Assembly (NCBI RefSeq): GCF_006345805.1
Contig: NC_042998.1
Span: 81,344,001-81,408,000, forward strand
Origin: Octopus sinensis
Taxonomy: Eukaryota
Direction of reading: 5' to 3'
Length of the DNA stretch: 64,000 nucleotides
Positions 54,491 to 64,000 of the stretch are shown here, in pieces. The notes beneath the pieces are model-generated. The model did not search any database. It saw only the letters and a list, made by a program, of their open reading frames with translations, and was not told where the DNA came from. The position numbers and the translations under genes are program-made. Position 1 is the stretch's first letter. The number at the start of each line of letters is the position of its first letter.

Positions 54491-54863
54491 TTAGACATAC
54501 ACACATATATATTAGAAAATAAAGATGATATACTTTAACGCTGATTACTGCCTCGTTGTTGTTGCCTATTCATCGCTGATATTATATTCATTATATTCAT
54601 CTCCAAAAGTTAGGAGATGAATATAATTTGTTATTCAAGTGTCGCTCATAATTGTTCAATGATCAGAAGAAAAACAAAACCCTGCTAGGTTACTGATACC
54701 GTAATGCATTGAGCCACAACTCTTAACTAAACCAAGCCCTATAGGGATGAAAATAGGAATAAAACTGAGCTTCGTTGTACCAAAAGAAACAACCGGCGCA
54801 ATATAAATCTTGCTAATTTGTTAAAACCGTTAATAACCATTAATTGCTTTTTATTTGCCATAC

Positions 54864-54936
54864 GGATGACTTTAATACATAGTAATAATATACAACAGAC
54901 AAGTACTACTAATATTACTACTAATATTATCGACAT
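54864..54936 (-). CDS. Candidate first coding exon, signal-peptide-like MSIILVVILVVLVCCILLLCIKVI
   Basis: Hydrophobic N-terminus after ATG, TATAAG and TCAG upstream, weak phase-1 donor C|gtatgg. Confidence 0.3.
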
Positions 54937-54954
54937 TTCAATTCGGGATGGAAA

Positions 54955-54986
54955 TTCTGATTAATCGCGTTGGTCGCCTGCTTATA
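54955..54986 (-). promoter_or_regulatory. Candidate TATA box (54986-54981) and initiator-like TCAG (A at 54958)
   Basis: 28-nt spacing from the first T of TATA to the initiator A; ATG 22 nt further downstream. Confidence 0.3.
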
Positions 54987-57900
54987 CTGCTACATAAGTG
55001 TTATAGAATCTAATTTAATTACGGACAAAATTATCTACAAATCCAAATACAAGATCCTCTCATAAATTTTCCAATACGCCAGAGAAATAATTTGAAGGAT
55101 TATAGGCACCTTAAGTTTTAAACGTTAACACGTAAGAAGTCAAAATTGATAAGAATAATATTTTCTTTAAAGATATCTCACATATTTCTTTGCGTTTCGT
55201 AAATTATATTCACTGGAAAATATCTGTAAAACTTTAAAAATAAAAGACTAGTATTTAAAAGTTTATTGATAAATAGACAATATGATAAACTATACAATAG
55301 TTATATTTCAGTAATACACTACACTATACAAGAAAATGAAATGTTGATATAAACATGCAATATATTTTCAATTATAACAAAATCCCACTGGTTTCTACTA
55401 GCATTTCATCGTTCCGGAGTCAGTAATTAACAACTAATTAGCGCTGTCTTCAATTAACTAATATATGTAAATATAGTTGATAATTCACGCATCTAGTTAA
55501 ATATTTTATAACATGATATAGTTGATTTATAATGAAGATGAGTATGGTCAACTATATTGCATAATAAGTATTATGATTACAAACAAAACATTACATATAA
55601 CAGCTAAATATCCAATAATATTGGTGTATTTTTATGAGAAGAGGGAATTGAAGTTTTTTTGATTTTGCATATAATCTGGATATCTTATCGCAGAAACTTA
55701 ATTCAACCTCCGCAAACCCCACACGTCCAAATCGGTAATATTGGATCGTTATGGTTCAATACATTACATTATCGATAACCTATCTCAGTTCTATCAGTTT
55801 TCTCTCTCATAAGTGTAGTAAAATATCGACCAATAATCAGGTTCATTATTTCTTCAGGAACTGAACATCTACGTTGGCGATAATTATAAGAAAGTGATTG
55901 CGTGAAGTTAAATACCGATAAGAATAATTTCACTTGATTTTCTTTAGATTCACACTCTCGTTTCATGAAAGAAATAAAGACGTACATCTTGCTGATAACA
56001 TACTTCACTTCATAACAATGGCATTAAAGTTTAAAAAAAAATCCCAACAGACTTTTTTGTTTTTGTATTTTTTGTTTATCGAACGAGTGAAAAATATTCT
56101 TGCAGATTAAATTCCCACTGGTACCATTTTGATGTTATAATTTCTTCTCATATAAGATGATGATATCATACGTATTGAAAACTGGGAGTGAATCCTTCTA
56201 TATAGAAAAGTGTTTCTCATTAATGCTTCAATGTAAAGAATTCTCGTCAAGTGAAAAAATAGAATTAATCATATATGACATAACAAGTAGTAAGTTAAGC
56301 GTACGCAGAGACCATCAAACTAGTGTTATCTGTTGAGAATTGCTGTATCTGTTGAGAATATTTCATTACATTTACACTCCTAATTTCCTTGATAGAGATT
56401 TGAGATTAAACCCCTCATTTCTCCATCATTAAAATATAGGTCTTCTGTGTGTATTTAAGCGGAAGCGAATAAATTACTGAAGACATGCCGATTTCCCTTT
56501 GTTTAGCGAAATCCCTGATGTTATCGTCATTGTTATAAAGGATGAAAAAGTTCCCGAGCAAGTCATATACACCCGCGAAATGAGAACGTGGGCTACTTCC
56601 GATGTGAGGTTGAAGTTAATTTAGTTGGTGTAACATAAGCTGTTGATATATGTCAGGAACCTATGAACAACCCACTACTCAATCCCTCTCCTTTCTGTGG
56701 TTATGGACATGAACCTAGGAAAAACTTCAATATTAATTAAATTACCTGATGTTCACTAATATATTAGTTTGTGACGTAATGACATATATTTCTACATTAA
56801 AAGAACTGAAAGGAAAACTAAAAGCTAGATGTAAAAGTAAAAACAAGTGAATATGCACACAATTAGATGAGGTATGTCAGGAAACACTTAGTTTTCTTTA
56901 TTCACAAACTGATCGTTATCTAATCAATAAGACACACCGAAGCAGACGATAAATGAGAAACTAGCAGCTCGGGAGATTTAAAACATAGCAGAAGCAATAT
57001 GGCGTGGGTGTATAAAAAAATGCCTTTTGTGGTAGTGGTGTAGTGATATTTCCATTGTTTAGCATTTCATACGCCTATGTAATACATAATGCAATATAGG
57101 ACTTCCCCCGCTATACATTAATGAATGAACGGATCGATCTATCTATCGTTACGGTTGCACATTGGTATTGATTGCTTCTCTTTGATGTATGCATCCCGTC
57201 GATTTTTACTTTATCTTTTTCAAAGGTACGAATGTCTCAGTGTTGAACTGTGCGTTGGATCGAAAAGTAGAGCATAACGGTTTTCCACCATTCACAGTTT
57301 CTTTCTCACTACTAACTTAATGTGCAAATACAATGAAATTACTGGCTCATGAAATATAGGGAAAGAGAGCGAGAGAGAATGGAAGAAATTATTTCTTATA
57401 CATGTATACATTTATCGACTAAGTATATTTCTCATTAGATTTAGAACACTAATTTCATGATATATTTATATATTTTTAAAGTATCATTACAGGGGATAAT
57501 ATGCCAATAGATGTCATGCATACAATCACCTGATTCGTATTTCGTTATAACGGTCTCCTTAGTCATACAAAGGTAACTATTGGTGACTTATGTTTTTTGA
57601 AATTCACCAATACATGGGTTAACGATTTTCATAAAATAAGGTATTAATTTGACTCGGTGGATTAGTAGTCTTGCTAAAGTTTTAGACAAGCTATATCGTG
57701 GTATATGTGTCAGCCCTTTACGTTCTTGAGTGATGGGCTTAATCCGTCACTAGTTTAACAGCGCACTTTGCCAAGCCCTTAGATGATTTAAACAATTTCG
57801 TCCCAGGTTTCTGGTTTGAGTATACCTTCTTTCAATCCATATATTTCAGTGGTCCTTTAAATGACGTTAATTCTGTTACCATTTCCCGAAATACATGATG

Positions 57901-58229
57901 AAAGTAAAATGCAATTCAACTAGACTCGATAGTCATAAATCTGTTAACGTTAAAAATATTTACCATTGTGTGATCCGGTAGATCGAGTAATTACAAGTTG
58001 TCCAACAAAAAATTTACGTTTGAAAAGTTGTGTTCACAAATGAAAGCTGACTGAAACACAGAACGTAACAATAGTGCGGCACATCCATTGAAAATAATAT
58101 CAGTTGGATATTAGTCTGATGCAATCGAGTTACCTTCACCCCTAAAACTGCTGACCTTATACCGACGTTTGAAACATTATTATTAATTTTATCAATTTTA
58201 ATACTGTTATATTGGTTTGGCTGAGGTTC

Positions 58230-58472
58230 GATCTTATTCTTGTTAGGATTTATGTGGGTAGCGGGTTACTACCTTATGTATCCACAAGTTTTCAGCTGTC
58301 TTTAAAGTGCTTGAAACCCTTTTGGTAATCCTTGCTGTCACTTAGAGATAAACTTTCTGAAGGTGCTCTACCGGGCATTCTATTCCAATCTCCTTCAGCC
58401 ATTTGTCTATATCTTTACTTACTGTTCCCAACGCGCCAATTATTAGATGTACGACCTTTACTGTTCTCATGC

Positions 58473-58475
<3 letters not shown>
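58230..58475 (-). mobile_element. R4/Dong-like LINE 3' end
   Basis: RTVKVVHLIIGALGTVSKDIDKWLKEIGIECPVEHLQKV; 3' UTR similar to ~26030-26160. Confidence 0.8.
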
Positions 58476-58545
<70 letters not shown>

Positions 58546-58561
58546 GTTATTATTATTATTA

Positions 58562-58699
58562 GGAGTGGTTGGCGTTAGGAAGGGTATCCAGCTGCAGAAA
58601 CACTGCCAGATCAGACTGGAGCCTGGTGCAGCCTCCTTGCTTCCCAGATACTGGTCAAACAGTCCAACACATTCTAGCATGGAAAACGGACGTTAAACG

Positions 58700-58700
<1 letters not shown>
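58562..58700 (+). mobile_element. Short retroelement 3' tail (RTE-type as recalled) ending in GGACGTTAAACG(ATT)n
   Basis: Sequence resembles a recalled RTE-associated tail and sits between ATT arrays. Confidence 0.45.
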
Positions 58701-58761
<61 letters not shown>

Positions 58762-58763
58762 TC

Positions 58764-59390
58764 AGTTGTCTTATTTTATCACGTGCTTTCAATGCACTAC
58801 CAAGCATAGCACTGTGTACCTTGGGTATGTTATATACTTGTCAGTCATGGTGTTTTTGTCTGAATATTTGTCTGAATATTTTTTTATTATACCTAATGCA
58901 CTTACTATGATAGGAATTGTTTCTGTTTTTAGACTCCACATTCGAGTTACCTCTATTTCCAGGTCCTTGTATTTTGAAAACGTTTCCCGTTTCTTTAAGA
59001 GAAACATTGTCATCTGTATGTATTGATACATTGATTAGAAAGCATATTTTCTTCATGATTTCTGGCAACTACATCCGACCTATTGGCCTTAGTTTCTCTG
59101 TGTGTATTGGCGTATCCCATTATATGGTTACTTTCTCATTTTCTGTGACATGTGGCGTGTGCCTATACCATCTTTTTGTGTTATTATTCCAGTTTTAGCA
59201 TAGCTTCCAGTATACATAGGTCCCAACTCAGTGGTGTCTTTGAATATATTCCTTCTTAGCCAGGACTGGGCAGCCAAAGACAATATGGTTTATTGTTTCT
59301 TGTCCATTACATATTCTGCAGTTGCATTTCTTTTCATTACATGTTTTTGGTAATTTCTGGTAGGGAGGCGTTGGTCTTGTGCTGCAATTA
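58764..59390 (-). mobile_element. R4/Dong-like LINE 3' fragment
   Basis: SKYKDLEIEVTRMWSLKTETIPIIVSALG, very similar to 22472-22696. Confidence 0.88.
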
Positions 59391-59467
59391 AAACTCTTTC
59401 AGTCACTGCTTTCAGTCCTGAGTTTCTCGGCCTTTGTTGGTCTTTGCTTTTATTATTATTATTACTA

Positions 59468-59501
<34 letters not shown>

Positions 59502-59526
59502 GTTGTTGTTGTTGTTGTTGTTGTTG

Positions 59527-59605
<79 letters not shown>

Positions 59606-59611
59606 TATTAT

Positions 59612-59800
59612 TGGTGGCGAGCTGGCAAACTCGTTAGCATACCAGGCTAAATGCTTAACGGTATTTCGCCGTCGCTACATTCTGAGTTCAAATTCCTCCG
59701 GGGTCGATAAAATAAAGCACCAGTTGAGCACTGGAGCCGATGTAATCGATTTACCTCTTCTTTCAAAATTTCCGCCGTGTGCTAAAATCTGAAACAATTA
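59612..59800 (+). mobile_element. tRNA-derived SINE, family 1
   Basis: GGTGGCGAGCTGGCAAACTCGTTAGCA...GAGTTCAAATTCC...GGGGTCGATAAAATAAAGCACCAG. Confidence 0.85.
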
Positions 59801-60382
59801 TTAGTATTATTACAATTGTTATTATTATTTAAACAGACTGAAATTCTGCTGAGTATTTCTGTTGAGAAAGTGGGATATAAGAAATAACTAAAATTCCCTT
59901 ATATCACTTTAATTTCAAGAACCTTCCTCGGCATTCAAGTTACTCTTAAGAGTGTCAATTGGAGATGTTCGATATGTATCAAAATTCATAATTTTGCTAT
60001 TCATGTATTTAATTTAGATGATACTATCCCCAAGAGGGAAAGTACTATATTATATACATGACTGAAAACGTTTCCATACCTAACGTTTGAGAGATGTTCA
60101 TCTTCAACTCTTGATGCCCCTCGTTTTCTTTTTATTTTCACATACTCTCTCATTCACTGCTGTTCTACATTGTGTCTTCTTTTTCACAATAGCAATATCA
60201 TCGTTTCTCATGTGTAACGTAACATATGAGATGTTAAAAAACCAAAATAGCTAAACTTCATTTGAGTTTACCACTGAGTGAAGCTAGCGCTCATAGGAAT
60301 TCTCTGTTCAGATCAGTTATTTTCTTCTCGTATAACTTCAGAGTACAATCCCAGCAATGTTGTCATATTTTCTTTTGTTTTC

Positions 60383-60432
<50 letters not shown>

Positions 60433-61499
60433 TTTGAACTGGATTCAGTTTCATTGTATTTAACTGTCCTTTCATTCGACAGACCTTAGGCAATGGTAAC
60501 TCTATGGTTGTGCGGACGTTATATTTCACACAATTAGACTCTAAGGATTCTTTCGTTTTCAACATTAAGGTGTGATGCTCGCATCCATTCCAATGATGCA
60601 TGCTTACCTAATCCAGCTAACGTGTCTCGTAACTATTGGTGATGCACAAGTTTATCGATCCACTTCTTAAGCTTCATCTACCATTTACCCCCATAATAAT
60701 TCTTTGCAATGCAATTTTCAGCTTGTAGAATGTGTTTACTTATATCTTTGAGCACTTAACTTCGTGTTTCAAGTCCAATCAATGCTATTTTCTTCAATTT
60801 TTATACAGATTTTGTAGTTTATAAAATGTCTTCCCTCTGTGTAATACATATACGGTAAAATAAGTTTACGATGCAGTTCACCATGCAGCATCACTATCTT
60901 ACGTGTTTTGCACCTGTCCTAACCTCTTCGCTCCTTTTTTCCAAGAATCTCAGCTCCGTACTTTATCTACGAGAAACTCAAGCGTTTATGGCTATACTTA
61001 AAATTGCTGTTCTTGCTATTATCATTCGGAAGTCTAAATAATAAATTATCGGTGAAGAACTGAGCTTGTTCCAATCGACTACTTATATTCAGGCAAAATT
61101 GCAGGCCTCATTTCTAAAGTAGAAACCCTTAATATCACACACACACACACAATAATATCATATGTATGGTTTTCCTTTGAGTTTTATTTAAGTTCCTCTT
61201 GAGAGAGTTCAAACCGGTCTCTAATAAAGTGACAGAACTTTTTCAGTTAGGAGAGTTCCCAGTATTTGTAAATATGTAATTGAATTGATGTGTTTGTTGA
61301 ACTCTCGATGCATTCACCCAAGTATAAGCATCAATTCGTGAAAAGAATCTCAGATAGATATCTTTTGGAATGTTGCCAAATCTTCACTGTTCCAAATCTT
61401 CACGATGCCACAAATAAATTGAATTTCGCGAATCCGTGTGAGTTTCTTTTGCTTTTTCACCATGAAACCAAGTATCTCTACGTTTTTGAGCAAATTTAT

Positions 61500-61830
61500 T
61501 GGTGCATAACCTAATGCACATGTAACTGTGGCTTCAAATAACTAATTGTGGGTACAAATAAATTCATATTCGCGGTACAAGAGCTGTACGTTACGCATTA
61601 ATTTGCTTTGAATGATCTCTTTTTCCTGCACCTTTGTTTGTACATTCACATCTGCTGGGCAGCTGACCTCAACGACAATGCATGAATTTTGTTCTCTGTT
61701 TCACAGAACAATATCAGCTCTGTTGTTTTTGCACTGAGTTGATTGGGTTTGTTTCACCCGTATTCTTTGTTTTTGAAGGTGTGAATGCATGCAGGTTCTG
61801 ACACGCCTCTGGTACATATGTCAGGTAAAC
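61500..61830 (-). mobile_element. Decayed RLE-type non-LTR retrotransposon fragment
   Basis: Minus strand CKNNRADIVL*NREQK...VSCPADVNVQTKVQEKE...KLMRNVQLLYREYEFIC, a PD..E/D-type endonuclease motif. Confidence 0.6.
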
Positions 61831-61885
61831 TTTTCTACAGATAACTTTCTAAATGTTCTTTACGACTATATCACGACTCAGGGGT

Positions 61886-61975
61886 ATGTATGTATGTATG
61901 TATGTATGTATGTATGTATGTATGTATGTATGTATGTATGTATGTATGTATGTATGTATGTATGTATGTATGCAT
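61886..61975. repeat. (TATG)n microsatellite
   Basis: Directly visible. Confidence 0.97.
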
Positions 61976-63388
61976 CTATATATGTATATATGTATGAATG
62001 CATGTATGTATATCATTATTATAGTTGTTGCTATCGTTGTAATAATATTGAAGACAATCAACGACAAGTGACAATGTCAATTACATCAGATCTATTGAAC
62101 TGCACCAATTAGTTACATCATTTTATCTTTGTGTTCAAAATCCCACCGGGATAAAGTAGCATTTCATCTTTCCGGAGTCAATAATTAACAATTAATTACA
62201 TAGCATAGTCTGTTTAATTAACTAATGTCATTCCCAGATTGTATGACAATGCACTAGGATTCTATAAAAGATTTCAATGTTATTATGAGGCAATATACGG
62301 TAAGTTGGTAGAGCGTTGAACAGAACATCTTGAAGTATTTGCGTACGTATTTGTTGGATTCTAAGTTCAAAGCTGATGCACTCAAATTTCAATTTAGCTT
62401 TTATTCGTCGAGCGAGTCGATAATAAAATGTATCAATCTGCAATATGTTGTCTTTTTTCCTCTCTTACACATTATCATTAACTTATGATGTATTTTAGAT
62501 TTTTGTCAGAGAAAAGTTGAGATGATTTGATAAATTTTGTTAAAATTCTATCAAAATTATATTCCGATGAAGTTCACAATTGTTCATTATTATCATCTGT
62601 GTCTTAGCATCCTTCCTTTAAATCTCTTCTTTGCTTCATTTTTTAAATCCCAGCGTTGTACCTTATCACAGAGAAACCTACACATTTATTACCATACTTT
62701 GTATTGTTGTTCATATTGTCGTTGTTTTAATGACAGTATCGTGCAGAAAATCTTTGAAGATGAATTCACCTGTCGATTGTATGTTATATAAAGACAGTAC
62801 ATATGCCATATAAAATTATAAGCTGAACGAATCCTTCACTTACATTAAATACTGCATCAGTAACATAAATTTAGATCTAATAATTTTATAATATAAAGAA
62901 ATCATATTTTATGTACAATCAACTTTTGAGGAGCAAATTACACCCCAAAAGTTGATCATTGTATCAGCATGAATCAGACATAAGCTGTTTTTAACGTTAC
63001 TGGTTGTTGTCATCTAGATACTAAAAATCTATTATAAAAATATAGGTCACTTTGACAGATATACATTCAACTGAATGTCATCTACTATTGGCAAATATGA
63101 AAGACGTTTGATATATGCTTAGTGAGATAAAAGATCTTTGAAGGATATTTACAGAATTGATCGATAGTTTGAACATCGCCAAGTTTGTCATTTAATTCGA
63201 AACACCACAGACTCCGGAGAATCTAGCGATGTGACGTCAGTAAAAGTACAAAAACGTCTTATCAGGAAGTACAAAGGAAAACGTATGCTTCATTCTATTA
63301 TCTTCCTCGCCCCTAGGCACCAAAGATCGTATCACGTTCTAGGAATTAGCTATGTATTGCTGTATATATACGTTTTTTGCGTTTATAA

Positions 63389-63672
63389 GTATGGCTTGGT
63401 AGTTAAGGTGTTGTACTCACGATTGCGAGATCGTGGGTTCGCTCCCCAGATAGTGCGTTGTGTTGTGTTCTTGAACAAAGCACTTCATTTCAAGTTGCTC
63501 AGCGATCATTTCGACATCTAACACGTGGCACCCGTTGTACCTGTACAGGTAATGTCAATCTGATGGAGGGGATGAGCTTATGTCTACACAAACATTTGAT
63601 CACTATAAACAATTCATATGTGTGATTGTTCGGTAAAAAATTGTCGATCCCTCATAGGTTGTCTAACGAAGG
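63389..63672 (+). mobile_element. tRNA-derived SINE, family 3
   Basis: TGGCTTGGTAGTTAAGG A-box-like and GGGTTCGCTCC B-box-like motifs; homologous to 50715-50950. Confidence 0.72.
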
Positions 63673-64000
63673 GAGAGTCCATCATATATATATATGATTT
63701 TGTGCATGTATATATATGTATATGGGTGTATGTGTATATACAATTATGCATTCGTAAGTACAGGTCTGTATGTTTGCGTGTGTGTCTGTGAATGTATCTG
63801 TGCCGCGTGTAGATATGTGTGGATGTATGTTTATAGTTACAATACATGCTATTATTTTATCATCAACCCTCCGCACTCTCCATAAGTCTCACTATGGACA
63901 ACTACACTGTTGATCTACATCTATTCTCCCAATCCTAATAGCCCAGTTCCTAACAGCTTACTAACCCTTTCAATTCTATTTATAGTTATCCTACAAATAC

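Noticed and set aside
56496-56625. Open plus-strand frame EIPDVIVIVIKDEKVPEQVIYTREMRTW
   Set aside because: No recognisable homology or linked exons, so it cannot be supported beyond chance.

Overview
AT-rich eukaryotic (non-prokaryotic) genomic DNA saturated with (AT)n, (ATT)n and (ATAC)n microsatellites, tRNA-derived SINEs, fragments of R4/Dong-type non-LTR retrotransposons and one decayed Tc1/mariner transposase. The repeat repertoire looks like an octopod cephalopod genome (inference from recalled repeat families, not verified). Most ORFs in the supplied track are microsatellite or repeat artefacts. The most convincing gene signal is a minus-strand terminal exon (3236-3026). It encodes two tandem C-C-CC-C-C (knottin/ICK-like) modules preceded by CTCLGCC, with an apparent 1-nt frameshift at about 3192. 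Candidate upstream minus-strand exons (TATA+signal peptide at 54.9 kb, acidic ...DK(R) propeptide at 44.5 kb, 17-nt micro-exon at 7.9 kb) have compatible splice phases. They could build a ~117-aa toxin-like prepropeptide over ~52 kb; this model is speculative. A second theme is four minimal type-I hammerhead-ribozyme-like motifs. Two lie in short elements sharing an architecture of direct repeat, filler, inverted tail copy, body, hammerhead, tail, direct repeat, and one of these also has a tRNA-like head. No rRNA, true tRNA gene or CRISPR array was found. All alignments, foldings and translations were done by eye.
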